Shown: positions 9,469-22,571, counted from the first letter of the stretch. The stretch: 54,749 nucleotides of DNA from an uncultured Bacilli bacterium (GCA_934140285.1 CAKPBI010000012.1:1-54749), one strand, 5' to 3'. The notes: a model not told the origin generated them from the sequence alone. Numbers and translations are program-made.

Positions 9469-11304
9469 TTAAACGTTTTCAGTTTCTTTTTTATTATTTT
9501 CTTGTTTATTTTTATTAACTCTTTGGTGGTTTTGTATTTTTACTTGTGGATTTTTCTTATATGTTGATGTTGGCTTTTTGTTGTTTTGATTTCTTCCAAC
9601 CACTTTTTTAGGAGTTATGGTTGCTACAGGTTGAGTAGTAACTAAATTATTAACATCGATAGGAACAATAATTACTAAAGGACGATGTCTAGTCGATCTA
9701 AATAATTGTTTAGTGACTTCTTCAGTAATTCTACTCTTAGTATCTTCTAAAGAATAATTCTTTTTCCAAAGTGCATTTTCAAACATTGTTTTTGCAAGAA
9801 CAGAAATCTTATTAACTAGTTCTTCATTTGACATTTGACCAACAATTCCTTTTGAAGTAATTATCGGATCTTCAACGACTTTTCTTTGGCGAAGATCATA
9901 ATAAATATTCATTATAACTGCACCATCTGTAGATAAGGTTTCACGTTCTTTAATTACATCTTCATTAACATCGCCGATTAAAGAGCCATCAACAAAGATA
10001 TCACCAACTTTTACTTTGGTGGTTTCTCCTCGTTTGCCACTTTCAAAGTTTACTACTTCACCATTATCTAGTAATAAAACATGACTTCTTTCATATCCCG
10101 ATTCTTTAGCAATTAACATTGCTTCATACAAATGACGATATTCACCCTTAATAGGGATAATATACTCTGGTTTTACCATATTGAAGATTAACTTTAAATC
10201 GTCACGACTAGCATGAGATGAACGTAAAACATCTTTGTCATAAATTATTAGTTCAAAACCATTACGATATAAAGTATTTATCGCATCAGTCGCAATCTTC
10301 TCAGTTCCTGATACTGGTGGACAAATTAAGATTATTTGATCATCATGATGAAGGGTTAAAAGTTTGTCTTCACCAAGGGCCATCCTTACAAGCATTGTGT
10401 AAGTTTCTTCACGTTTACCATGAACAATGACAACTAAATTATCTTGATCAACATTCTCAATGTCTTCAGTCTTAACAAAACTATCATTTGGTATTCTTAA
10501 ATAATTATTTAAAATAGCTGTTTCAACTACTTTCTCCCCCTTATGAGCAACAAGGGCAATCTTTCTTCCCTTTGCAATTGATAAATCAATAATCTTTTGA
10601 ATACGGATTAAGTCAGATGAGTATGCTGCAACCACCATTCTTGAGGAAGCATGAGTTAAAGCATTATTATAGTTATGTTCAAGTAACATATCATTACTAA
10701 TTCTACCAATAGCACTCGTTCCCACACTTTCAACCATTAATGCTAAGACTTTTTCTTTTCCAAAGTCAGTTAGTTTAGAAAAACTTGTTTGGTACTTTAC
10801 TTCAGTAGTTGGCATAAAGTTAAAGTCTGTCGCATAAACAATAATTCCATCTTCAGTATATAAAGCAATGCCAACGGATTCCGGAATTGAGTGAGAAGTA
10901 TTAAAGAATTTTACTTTAACATTTTTAAAATTTAAAACTTTAGTCTCATTAATACGATACAAACGGAATTTCTTAATGTCCATCTTATTATTTACAAGTA
11001 GTGTTTCAATTAAACTAATCGTAAAGTGCGTACCATATACGTTTGTTTGAATATTTCTTAATATATAAGGAATAGCTCCAATATTATCTTCATGGCCATG
11101 AGAAACAAAGATTCCTGCGATTCTATCTTTATTTTGAATTAAATATGATAAATCAGGTACTACAGCGTCAACTCCATACATGTCAATATCTGGATACTTT
11201 AATCCAGCATCAAGAATGAAGATTAATTCATCTACTTCTACTATGTACATGTTTTTTCCATTTTCTCCAAGACCACCTAGAGCCATAATTTTTATATTTG
11301 CCAT
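9469..11304 (-). CDS. rnj: Ribonuclease J (metallo-beta-lactamase/beta-CASP), with a ~55-aa Lys/Asn-rich C-terminal tail
   Basis: MANIKIMALGGLGENGKNMYIVE..HGHEDNIGA beta-lactamase motifs. Start chosen at MANIKI, with an AAAGGTG RBS. Confidence 0.85.
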   Translation of the reverse strand: MANIKIMALGGLGENGKNMYIVEVDELIFILDAGLKYPDIDMYGVDAVVPDLSYLIQNKDRIAGIFVSHGHEDNIGAIPYILRNIQTNVYGTHFTISLIETLLVNNKMDIKKFRLYRINETKVLNFKNVKVKFFNTSHSIPESVGIALYTEDGIIVYATDFNFMPTTEVKYQTSFSKLTDFGKEKVLALMVESVGTSAIGRISNDMLLEHNYNNALTHASSRMVVAAYSSDLIRIQKIIDLSIAKGRKIALVAHKGEKVVETAILNNYLRIPNDSFVKTEDIENVDQDNLVVIVHGKREETYTMLVRMALGEDKLLTLHHDDQIILICPPVSGTEKIATDAINTLYRNGFELIIYDKDVLRSSHASRDDLKLIFNMVKPEYIIPIKGEYRHLYEAMLIAKESGYERSHVLLLDNGEVVNFESGKRGETTKVKVGDIFVDGSLIGDVNEDVIKERETLSTDGAVIMNIYYDLRQRKVVEDPIITSKGIVGQMSNEELVNKISVLAKTMFENALWKKNYSLEDTKSRITEEVTKQLFRSTRHRPLVIIVPIDVNNLVTTQPVATITPKKVVGRNQNNKKPTSTYKKNPQVKIQNHQRVNKNKQENNKKETENV

Positions 11305-11345
11305 TTTTTTCACCTTTATTTCTTTTCTTTCTTTTATAATTATAA

Positions 11346-11379
11346 CAAAAAACACTCCTTTTATCAAGTGGAGTGTTAT
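11346..11379 (-). terminator. Terminator of the spoVA operon. A TATAAT -10 box for rnj follows it.
   Basis: Hairpin aacactcc..ggagtgtt at 11351-11378. On the minus strand it is followed by TTTTTG and then TTATAAT. Confidence 0.5.
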
Positions 11380-12788
11380 TCTTTTTGTTTGGGTATTTTG
11401 ATTTTTTCTTTCTGTTTATAAGGAATTCTAACCATCTGTTTTACTAAATCTTTTAAATTGAAAGGAATTAAAGGGTACAAATAAGGTCTCTTAAAACTCT
11501 TTAAACAAGCAAGATGAAGAATAATTAAAAGAGTTCCAATGATAAAACCTGGCATCTTAAATAGATAAACCAAAATAGTTAAAACTAAGTTTGCCATCTT
11601 AGAAGCAAGTGATAACTCATAACTAGGAGTTATAAAAGAACCAATGGCCGAGATTGCTGATAGGATTACAACTTGTTCACTTACTAGTCCGACCTTAATG
11701 GCCATATCACCAATAATAATTCCCGATATTAACCCCATCGATGTTGAAAGAGCAGTTGGCGTGTGAATTGATGCCATCCTAATTAATTCAATACCTATCA
11801 AAGCAATAAACAATTGAATAAATAAACTATGATAATTATTATCAGGGGTAAAGAAAGACTCAAGGCCTGGCACTACTACATTCATGGAGATTAAAGCTAG
11901 CCAAAGAGGAATCGAAAAGAAAGCACAGACAATTCCTAAAAAGCGAATAATCCTTAAGTAAGTACCGGCGATAACTGTCTGTCTGAATTCTTCGGCGTGT
12001 TGTAAGTGATCAAAAACACTAACAGGGCCAAGGATGGCACTTGGAGATGTATCAACCATAATTCCAAACATGCCTTGATATAAATGCATCGCTAAGGTAT
12101 CAGGTCGTTCTGTATACTTGACAAGAGGGTAAGGACTAAGAACATTATTTACTAAAAGTTCTTCCAAAGCTTTATCTGTTAAAGTTAATTCTTTAACCTT
12201 TAAAGTATCAAGTCTCTTCATTATTTCTTCTTTGGTTTCTTTTTTTATAACATCATCTAAATAAGTTAAAACAACCTTAGTTTTACTGATTGTTCCTACT
12301 TCATATAGTTTTAATACTAAATTGCCATCTTTAATACGTCTTCTTAAAAGAGCAATATTATTACTTAAGTTTTCTGTGAAACCATCTCTACTTCCTCTTA
12401 CAACTTTCTCACTATCTGGTTCTTGTAAAGATCTTGAGGGGTAGTTTTTAGTATCAATGTAGATACCAGGAAATTCATCATCATAGATTATAACTAAGTC
12501 ACCATTAAATAAATGATCAGTTAGCTCATTTATTGAGTTAGATTCAAAAAGAGATTGTGCTGAATATGTATTATTCATTATTTTAATGAAATTATGTTTG
12601 TCGATTATTTCCTGTATATTATTAAAATCTTCTAGTAATTTTAAAATAACTAAAGAATCAGTTAAAAAGGAATTATATAAAAAGGTTACTGAATGATTGT
12701 TATTTTTTAAGACTCTTTCCGTAAAATCAAAAGCTTGGTTAAATCCGATTTTATCTTTTAGTTCTTGAACTATACTCATTTTATCCAC
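11376..12788 (-). CDS. spoVAF: SpoVAF, a GerA-family spore germination protein A-subunit paralogue
   Basis: 470 aa with a GerAA-like soluble N-domain (VVRGSRDGFTENLSNNIALLRRRIK) and a C-terminal multi-TM region. It is the last gene of the spoVA operon. Confidence 0.65.
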   Translation of the reverse strand: MDKMSIVQELKDKIGFNQAFDFTERVLKNNNHSVTFLYNSFLTDSLVILKLLEDFNNIQEIIDKHNFIKIMNNTYSAQSLFESNSINELTDHLFNGDLVIIYDDEFPGIYIDTKNYPSRSLQEPDSEKVVRGSRDGFTENLSNNIALLRRRIKDGNLVLKLYEVGTISKTKVVLTYLDDVIKKETKEEIMKRLDTLKVKELTLTDKALEELLVNNVLSPYPLVKYTERPDTLAMHLYQGMFGIMVDTSPSAILGPVSVFDHLQHAEEFRQTVIAGTYLRIIRFLGIVCAFFSIPLWLALISMNVVVPGLESFFTPDNNYHSLFIQLFIALIGIELIRMASIHTPTALSTSMGLISGIIIGDMAIKVGLVSEQVVILSAISAIGSFITPSYELSLASKMANLVLTILVYLFKMPGFIIGTLLIILHLACLKSFKRPYLYPLIPFNLKDLVKQMVRIPYKQKEKIKIPKQKE

Positions 12789-13131
12789 GCGGTTTAAAGA
12801 TTACCGCAATCAAAAAACTAGAAAAAATAGCCATGGCAATACCACTAGATGTTAGTTCAAAGATACCATTAAATAGACCGATAAATCCCATTTCCTTAGT
12901 TGCCATTAAAGCAGCATGGGTGAGAGAATGTCCAAATGAGGAAATCGGAACTAACGCTCCCCCACCACCAAATTCTACAATCATATCATAGATTCCAAAG
13001 GCTTCAAGTAAAGATCCTGCCGCAACATAAATGACAGTTAAATGGATAGGAAGTAATTTTAAAGTATCCATTAAAAGTTGGGCTATTAAGCATAAGAGTC
13101 CACAAGTAAGAAAAGCAAATAAATAATTCAC
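12781..13131 (-). CDS. spoVAEb: Stage V sporulation protein AEb
   Basis: 116-aa membrane protein of the SpoVAC/SpoVAEb family, placed between spoVAD and spoVAF. Confidence 0.7.
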   Translation of the reverse strand: MNYLFAFLTCGLLCLIAQLLMDTLKLLPIHLTVIYVAAGSLLEAFGIYDMIVEFGGGGALVPISSFGHSLTHAALMATKEMGFIGLFNGIFELTSSGIAMAIFSSFLIAVIFKPRG

Positions 13132-13132
13132 G

Positions 13133-14137
13133 TTAACTCCTTTCTAGTACTATTGCATGACTAATACAAGGTATTGATTCTTTTTGAGCTGTCATTATGG
13201 GGTTAAGGAGAGCGCCTGTCGCAAGCACTAAGATTTTCTTATACAAACCTTGATTTAAAAGATTAATTAAGTACCCAAGTGTTACTGCTGTTACACATCC
13301 ACAGCCACTTCCCCCCGCATAAACATCTTGTTTTTCTTGATTGTATAAAGTGATTCCCGCATCAATGTGTTTTTTAGTAATATTAATTCCTCTTTCTAAA
13401 CAACATTTTTCAAAGATATCACTACCATATTTAGAAAGATCACCAGTTACAATTAAATCATAGTTTTCAATTGTTTCATTAAAATTTTGAAAATGGTTAA
13501 ACATCGTGACAACCGCCGCCGGAGCCATCGTTCGTCCCATATCTTGAGCATCTTTTAATCCCACATCAATTATTTTACCAATAGTTCCTTTGGTAATTCT
13601 GATTTTACTTGGTTTTTTACCAAGAATCGCACAGCCGGCAGCCGTGGTAGTAAAAGTCATTGAAAGAGGTTTTTGTCCTCCATATTCGGTAGGATATCTA
13701 AATTGTCTTTCACTTGTCGCATTATGACTAGAGGTAACGCAAGTAACATACCTAAATAAATTACTATCAATTAAGATACTACCAAGAATTAAGTTTTCTG
13801 TAAAAGTTGAACATGCTGCAAACGTCCCCAAATAAGGGATAAATGATTCTCTCATCGCATAGGAGGTTACCGCGATTTGATTGTTTAAATCACCACCAAT
13901 TAACACATCAATATTTTCTTCTACTAAACCCGCTTTAGAAAGAGCTATGCTATAAGCCTTTTTTAAAAGATTCATTTCGGCTTGTTCCCAAGTATTACCA
14001 TCACAGTGAATATCATCATAAGAATAATCAAAATGATTACCAATGGGACCTTCTTGTTCTTTAGGACCTGTCACCACCGCTTTACTAATTAAATATACAT
14101 CATCAAATTCAATACTATTATTACCAACTCTTCTCAT
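13133..14137 (-). CDS. spoVAD: Stage V sporulation protein AD (thiolase/FabH-like fold)
   Basis: 334 aa beginning MRRVGNNSIEFDDVYLISKAVVTGPKEQEGP, typical of SpoVAD. Confidence 0.8.
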   Translation of the reverse strand: MRRVGNNSIEFDDVYLISKAVVTGPKEQEGPIGNHFDYSYDDIHCDGNTWEQAEMNLLKKAYSIALSKAGLVEENIDVLIGGDLNNQIAVTSYAMRESFIPYLGTFAACSTFTENLILGSILIDSNLFRYVTCVTSSHNATSERQFRYPTEYGGQKPLSMTFTTTAAGCAILGKKPSKIRITKGTIGKIIDVGLKDAQDMGRTMAPAAVVTMFNHFQNFNETIENYDLIVTGDLSKYGSDIFEKCCLERGINITKKHIDAGITLYNQEKQDVYAGGSGCGCVTAVTLGYLINLLNQGLYKKILVLATGALLNPIMTAQKESIPCISHAIVLERS

Positions 14138-14586
14138 ATAAGCTCCCTTATTATATAAATAGCAGTACCACTTATAAAGGCACTTACTACTCCTGCCACA
14201 ATTACGGCCCCCGCAAGTTTAAATATATTACTCATGATTCCAAGTACTAAGCCTTCACTTTTTCCCTCTAGGCTTGAGGAAGTCATTGAGTTTGCGAAAC
14301 CCGTAATGGGAATGAAAGTTCCAGCTCCTGCTACTTGACCAATCTTGTCAAAGATACCTATGCCTGTCAAGATTGAAGTTATAAATACAATTGTCATTGA
14401 CATCATAGAGTTTGATACTTTTTCTTCTAAACCAACAACAAAGGTAAAAAAATCAATTAGTCCTTCTGCGATTCCACCAATTAATCCGCCAATTAAAAAA
14501 GCATAAATGGCATTTTTTAGAATTGGTCTTTTAACAGGATTTTTTTCTATTACATTTTTATAAGTATTTAAGTTTTCTCGATTCAT
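14134..14586 (-). CDS. spoVAC: Stage V sporulation protein AC
   Basis: 150-aa membrane protein and the first gene of the spoVAC-D-Eb-F unit. Confidence 0.75.
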   Translation of the reverse strand: MNRENLNTYKNVIEKNPVKRPILKNAIYAFLIGGLIGGIAEGLIDFFTFVVGLEEKVSNSMMSMTIVFITSILTGIGIFDKIGQVAGAGTFIPITGFANSMTSSSLEGKSEGLVLGIMSNIFKLAGAVIVAGVVSAFISGTAIYIIRELI

Positions 14587-14647
14587 TTTTTCACATCCTT
14601 ATGTTTTTATTTTTGGTATTTTTTCTCATTTTATACATCCAAAAAAA

Positions 14648-14677
14648 TGAAAAAGGATTAAAGTATTCTTTAATCCT
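14648..14677 (-). terminator. Terminator after the purB-purA fusion gene
   Basis: Perfect 9-bp stem ggattaaag/ctttaatcc at 14655-14676. On the minus strand it is followed by TTTTTCATTTTTTT. Confidence 0.55.
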
Positions 14678-14702
14678 CTAAAGAAATCTTTACTCCTTTA
14701 TT

Positions 14703-17288
<2,586 letters not shown>

Positions 17289-17442
17289 TCAAAAAGAAAA
17301 CCTCCCAAAAGTTTTCTTCGTTTTCTTTATTTCACTTTTATTATATCATATCTTAAAAAAAATTTAAAGAAATTTAACCCTTTTTATTAATTTTAGTATT
17401 AAATAAGGAATTATGAAAATACTATCTATTAGGGTGATTAAA

Positions 17443-18864
17443 ATGAAAAAAATGACTATTATTGGAGCCGGTATCAGTGGACTTACTGCGGGGATTTATT
17501 CACTTTTAAAAGGATATAATGTAACCATCTATGAGAAAAATAAATTTGGAGGCGGATGCTCAACCGGATGGTTTAGAGATGGGTATTATATTGATAACTG
17601 TATGCACTGGCTAACTGGTACCAACCAAAAAACTAAAGGATTTAAAGAGTGGAAAAAGATTGGTGCCATTGATGAAACCTCTAACCTATATCAAGGGGAG
17701 TTTTTCTACCGTTCAATAATGAATAATGAATCAATATCTTTATACACTGATATTGAGAAAACCAAAAATGAGATGATTAAGTTATCACCTCAAGACTACA
17801 AAGAAATTAATATTTTTATCAATACTATTAAGTACTTAGTAAAGTATTATCAAGCTAATCCTTTTTTTAATAATCATTTACATATGTTAAAAGGCTTTAT
17901 GCACTACCATAATTTAAACCTTCAAGACTTATCAAATAAGTTTAAACATCCCCTTTTAAAACGTTTGTTTATTGATTTCTTTCCTAAAGAATATTCCAGC
18001 CTTTCTTTAATTGTTGCTTATGCGACATTTGTAAGTGGTAATGGCAAAGTATTATCCAAAGGTTCAAGAGATTTTTCAAGTAACATCATCAAAAGATTTA
18101 CCGACCTTGGGGGAAAACTTGAGTATGAAAGTGAGGTTACTAAAATTAATGTAACCGGTAAAACCGTAACAAGTATTGTTATAAACAACAATTTAGAAGT
18201 AAAAGTTGATAACATAATTTACGCAGGAGATGTAATGAATCTTAAAACAACTTTATTAAAAGATTATCCTCTTACTGATCCAATCTTTAAAGATCTATCA
18301 AATGATGATTTTGTTAAAACAATGTCAAGCTTTCATGTAGCTTTTTTAGTAGATAAAGAAGTCGATTCAATATTTGATACTACCATCTTTGATATCAATA
18401 ATATTACCATTGGAACTAAAAATGTTAATCGCTTAGTCGTAAAAAATTATAGCTATTTATATCCTAATAAAAAACAAATTGTTTACCAAACCTTTACCCC
18501 TCAACTTAAAGAAGACTACATCTATTGGGATAACTTAAAGAAAAATAGTCCTAAAAAATATCAAGAAGAAAAAAATGAAATAGCTAAAAAACTTCAAGAT
18601 GAAATTATTAAAGCTTACCCAAGTTTAAAAAATCACTTAAAAGTACTTGATTGTTGGACCCCTCTTACTTATCATAATTTCTATAATACTTTGTATGGAT
18701 CATATATGGGAATAATTTTATCTAAAGATACTTTATTTAAGAAGTATTCCCTACGCGTTAAAAATCTTAATAATCTAGTTATTGCTTCATACTGGAATAG
18801 AATAATGGGTGGTCTTCCTGTTGCTTTAAGAGTAGGAAAAGAAGCAAGTAGGTATTTTAAATAA
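17443..18864 (+). CDS. FAD/NAD(P)-binding oxidoreductase of the phytoene-desaturase/CrtI-like family
   Basis: Rossmann motif MTIIGAGISGLTAGIYSL..IYEKNKFGGGCS. AGGGTG RBS before the ATG at 17443. Transcribed divergently from purBA. Confidence 0.6.
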   Translation: MKKMTIIGAGISGLTAGIYSLLKGYNVTIYEKNKFGGGCSTGWFRDGYYIDNCMHWLTGTNQKTKGFKEWKKIGAIDETSNLYQGEFFYRSIMNNESISLYTDIEKTKNEMIKLSPQDYKEINIFINTIKYLVKYYQANPFFNNHLHMLKGFMHYHNLNLQDLSNKFKHPLLKRLFIDFFPKEYSSLSLIVAYATFVSGNGKVLSKGSRDFSSNIIKRFTDLGGKLEYESEVTKINVTGKTVTSIVINNNLEVKVDNIIYAGDVMNLKTTLLKDYPLTDPIFKDLSNDDFVKTMSSFHVAFLVDKEVDSIFDTTIFDINNITIGTKNVNRLVVKNYSYLYPNKKQIVYQTFTPQLKEDYIYWDNLKKNSPKKYQEEKNEIAKKLQDEIIKAYPSLKNHLKVLDCWTPLTYHNFYNTLYGSYMGIILSKDTLFKKYSLRVKNLNNLVIASYWNRIMGGLPVALRVGKEASRYFK

Positions 18865-18896
18865 AAATGGATTTCTTTTTAAGAAATCCTTTTTAT
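18865..18896. terminator. Bidirectional terminator between convergent genes
   Basis: Stem ggatttctt/aagaaatcc at 18869-18889, flanked by a T-run. Confidence 0.5.
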
Positions 18897-20536
18897 TCAT
18901 TTTTTAGTAAGTAGATTAAGTATTGAAGTTGTGGTGATAATTCATCTTTTAGAAGATTTTCATTAAATAAATCTTCCCTTGAAATAATTACCATCTGATT
19001 TCCTTCTAATTCATGCTTTTTAGAACCTAAATATTGGTTTTGATAAGTAGTGTAATTATCAATTATATTGGTTAGTTCTTCTTCGCTATTTACTTTGATA
19101 TTTATTTTTCCAAAGAAATCAGGTTTACCAGCTTTACTAACAAGTCTTGAAAATCCTAGTAAAGTAATATCTTCAACTTTACTAATATCCATAAAGATAT
19201 AACTTTCTTCACTTAATTCTCTTAACATCCCGATTGCTAGTAACTCCTTAAATGAATTAAGATGGTGTTTTTTTAAAGTGTAATAATCATTTAAGTCTAA
19301 AGAACCGGATGCGGATGGAGAGTATCTACTAGAGTTAACATCATTGTACATACTTTGTTGATTGATAACATAATATTTGGTATTATTATATTCTAATTCA
19401 ACCATTAAGTTTATACCAATCAAATTAGTTAAATGACTGTTTTCAATATCCATTAAACCATTAGTTAAAGGATTTAACGTTAAGGCTTTTCCAGATATAA
19501 CATTTGATGAATCTGTTGGAATCACAATGTTTTGAAAAATCATTTCATCCGTAGAAACATAATTATGATATCTTACTTTCTTTACTTCTACCTTATTTAA
19601 TATAGTAAAGTTAAGTTCAGAATTGATACCAAGAAGTTTTCCATTAAAGATGGTTTTATCTTCCGTAAGTTTGGTTGCGATAATATAAGCTAAGGCTTTT
19701 CTTGATGATTCACTTAAAGAAATTACATCTTTAGAAAGTTCTACTTCTAGGTTTGTTGCAGAACTATCAAAATTCTTATTTTCAAAAGAAGAAAAGATAA
19801 AAGCTTCATTAATTTTAGGAAACTTCATAACTTGATAATTTTTATATTTAGAACTAAATGTCATAGGATCAATTACTTCTTCTAAGATTTTAGTCTTACT
19901 TTCACCTTCCATTTTTGTTGATAGACGACAGTTCTTTTTAAACTCAAGGCCTTTACTTATCTTGGTTACAATCTTTTCTAGTGATTGTAGCAGTAAAATA
20001 AAAATAGAAAGGAGTAAAATTAGAGGTGTAATTCCTCCCTTTAAAGGATTATTAACAAATACTAAAAATAACGAAGTAATAAAGATGATAATTTCTACAC
20101 TAAGTACAAAGTAATCATTAAATCTTAGTTCCGCAAATATAGCATTCATAACTGCTTTATTTTTTTCTTTGTTTATCTTCTTTTTATAATTATCATATAC
20201 TTTGATTACTTTTTGATGTTTTTCATTTACCTTCGCAAATGAAGAAAGTGTAAGATCGGAAGTTGCATTACCCAAACGAATTAAGTAGTAAACATTATCC
20301 TTTTTTCTTCCAATACACTTGAATTGCTTTAATTCAAGTTTTTTTTCATTAAGTGATGTATATAAAATACTTAGTAGCTTTAAATTATAGTTATTATTTT
20401 CGCTACTTGTATAGATTTTATTTTTGGTATTATTAATTAATTTGGGGTTAAGTGGTTTTAAACCATCTTCATTAATTAATTGATAGACTCCTAGAAATTC
20501 ATTTTTTGTATTTTTAATATAAATAAAATATTTCAT
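18893..20536 (-). CDS. Hypothetical membrane-anchored protein with two central TM helices. Possible degenerate Nudix-like motif E-x7-RELSEES.
   Basis: 547 aa. TM segment YFVLSVEIIIFITSLFLVFV...ILLLSIFILLLQ. The C-terminal segment FKELLAIGMLRELSEES loosely matches the Nudix box. Confidence 0.35.
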   Translation of the reverse strand: MKYFIYIKNTKNEFLGVYQLINEDGLKPLNPKLINNTKNKIYTSSENNNYNLKLLSILYTSLNEKKLELKQFKCIGRKKDNVYYLIRLGNATSDLTLSSFAKVNEKHQKVIKVYDNYKKKINKEKNKAVMNAIFAELRFNDYFVLSVEIIIFITSLFLVFVNNPLKGGITPLILLLSIFILLLQSLEKIVTKISKGLEFKKNCRLSTKMEGESKTKILEEVIDPMTFSSKYKNYQVMKFPKINEAFIFSSFENKNFDSSATNLEVELSKDVISLSESSRKALAYIIATKLTEDKTIFNGKLLGINSELNFTILNKVEVKKVRYHNYVSTDEMIFQNIVIPTDSSNVISGKALTLNPLTNGLMDIENSHLTNLIGINLMVELEYNNTKYYVINQQSMYNDVNSSRYSPSASGSLDLNDYYTLKKHHLNSFKELLAIGMLRELSEESYIFMDISKVEDITLLGFSRLVSKAGKPDFFGKINIKVNSEEELTNIIDNYTTYQNQYLGSKKHELEGNQMVIISREDLFNENLLKDELSPQLQYLIYLLKNE

Positions 20537-20563
20537 TAGGATCCTCCTTGTCTTTAAATTTTT

Positions 20564-21460
20564 TTATAGGCCAAAGATAATAATAACAACTATGCCAAGG
20601 GTTAGAATGAAAAGTCCTAAAAGAGATTTCTTAGAAAATTTTTCTTTCAAAATGACAAAACTTAAAAACATTGTTAAAAGAATTGATAGTTTACCGATTG
20701 AATTAACTACAACAGGATTAGCATTAACAAAGCTTAAAGCCTCATACTCACAAAGCCAAGCTCCGCCAGTCGCAATTCCTGATAAAGTTAAAATTAAAAT
20801 TTGTTTAAAACTAATTCCTTTTACTTCTTTATAATCTTTACGCACCACAACAATAGCTCCTGCAAAAATAAAGACAACAATCGTTCTAAGTAAAGTTCCA
20901 AGATCACTTGGGATTCCGTTTAATCCCATTTTTATGAATAAAGCTACGAATGATGCAAACACACTAGATAGAATGGCATAGATTAACCATTTTTTAGAAG
21001 TTACTTCTTCATCTTTATTTTTAGAAATCATTAACATTGTACCTCCACCCATTAATGCCATTGATAAAATTAGCATAAGAATGGTTAAAATATTACCATT
21101 TTTAGTTGTTACATCAAAATAGAAAATAACAAACAAAATTGTTGTAAGGATAAAACTAGATTTATCGATTGGTGCAACTTTATTCGCACTTGCCATCTTC
21201 AAAGCTTTATAATAACATAACCAACTACATCCTGTACAAATACCGGAAATAATCAAGAAAATAACATTTTTAAAATTTAAACTGGAAAACATATGAATGC
21301 TTCCACTTACCATACAAACAACAACTGAACAGATAATTACAATTCCTGTACGATAGAATGTCGCAAAGTTAGAGTTTACACCTTTTAATCCTATTTTAGA
21401 TAGAATGGTTGTCATCGATGTAAAAAATGCCGCAAGTAAAGCTAGTAATACCCATACCAT
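20564..21460 (-). CDS. EamA/DMT-family transporter
   Basis: 298 aa with 10 predicted TM helices and the duplicated EamA-domain architecture. Confidence 0.7.
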   Translation of the reverse strand: MVWVLLALLAAFFTSMTTILSKIGLKGVNSNFATFYRTGIVIICSVVVCMVSGSIHMFSSLNFKNVIFLIISGICTGCSWLCYYKALKMASANKVAPIDKSSFILTTILFVIFYFDVTTKNGNILTILMLILSMALMGGGTMLMISKNKDEEVTSKKWLIYAILSSVFASFVALFIKMGLNGIPSDLGTLLRTIVVFIFAGAIVVVRKDYKEVKGISFKQILILTLSGIATGGAWLCEYEALSFVNANPVVVNSIGKLSILLTMFLSFVILKEKFSKKSLLGLFILTLGIVVIIIFGL

Positions 21461-21569
21461 AATTATTTCTTCTTTCTATAACCTTATCTATTATACCACT
21501 TATATGTAAATTGAACAATTATATTACAAAAAATTATTTTAAAAAAGTAAACTTTTTGTAAAGCTTACT

Positions 21570-21929
21570 TCATTTTTTTGATGATAACTTATCGATAAGA
21601 ATTATGGTTGGAATAAAGAAAACAATTAGTGAAATGCAATAGAAAATGTTAACGTAATCTTTATTAAAAATGTTATAAGTAAAAATTATAAATATTAAAC
21701 CAACATTTAGAAAGATATCTTCTAAGATTAGTAATGATTTATATGGTTTTAACATTTCATTATTTTCTTTAATCCATTTAATTCTCATCATATAAGAAAT
21801 AACTAAAGGGATAACTAATAATATTAATAAGAATCTTGCGAAAGTAAATTTTAAGTTTGATAGAACAACAATAATGTATTCTATCAGTAAAAAGACATAC
21901 TTTAATTTAAGATATTTTGATGTTTTCAT
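21570..21929 (-). CDS. Small hypothetical membrane protein
   Basis: 119-aa hydrophobic ORF in an AT-rich region. Confidence 0.25.
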   Translation of the reverse strand: MKTSKYLKLKYVFLLIEYIIVVLSNLKFTFARFLLILLVIPLVISYMMRIKWIKENNEMLKPYKSLLILEDIFLNVGLIFIIFTYNIFNKDYVNIFYCISLIVFFIPTIILIDKLSSKK

Positions 21930-21998
21930 TGTACCTCTTTCCTTAGTTTTTATTCATTTTCTTCATTATATCATAAAAAAAATAAAATACAAGTTATT

Positions 21999-22571
21999 TT
22001 ATAATGGGTATATCAAAATACCAAATATTCCCGCGATAATTATTAATAAAATACAAGATGGCGTTTTCTTTTTTATTAAATAATAAATTAACGTAATTAA
22101 TCCAAGAAGAACAAAAAGGATAATTCCTTTAATATCAACACCTTTAATTACTTCCACTGATTCAACACCTAAAACTGTACTTAAAATCATTGTAAGAGCA
22201 GTAGCAATAATAAGACCAATAATAGTTGGACGAATTGCCTCTAAGGTTGCTTTAACTCCTTTATATTTTAAAAAGTTTTTTAAAATACTTGCGATTAAAA
22301 GAATAATAATAAATGAAGGTAGTACAACCCCTATGGTTGCGACAACAGCTCCTAGGAAGCCTCCATATGAAGAGCCAATGAAAGTAGCCATATTGATAGC
22401 AAGAGGACCTGGAGTTGACTCTGATACCGCAATAAAGCTTAAGAAATCGCTTTCTGATAGCCAACCTCTTGTCAAAACTTCTTCCCTAATTAAAGCGATC
22501 ATCCCATATCCCCCACCAAATGATACTAAGCCAATCTTTAAGAAAACGAGGAATAATTCTAAATAAATCAT
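21999..22571 (-). CDS. chrA: Chromate transporter (CHR) short-chain half, C-terminal partner
   Basis: LKIGLVSFGGGYGMIAL...AVSESTPGPLAINMATFIG is the CHR signature. Overlaps the partner gene by 4 nt. Confidence 0.7.
   Translation of the reverse strand: MIYLELFLVFLKIGLVSFGGGYGMIALIREEVLTRGWLSESDFLSFIAVSESTPGPLAINMATFIGSSYGGFLGAVVATIGVVLPSFIIILLIASILKNFLKYKGVKATLEAIRPTIIGLIIATALTMILSTVLGVESVEVIKGVDIKGIILFVLLGLITLIYYLIKKKTPSCILLIIIAGIFGILIYPL

Noticed and set aside
17413-17442. Upstream ATG start for the FAD oxidoreductase (MKILSIRVIK...)
   Set aside because: There is no RBS before this ATG. A good AGGGTG RBS precedes the ATG at 17443 (MKKMTIIGAGISG).
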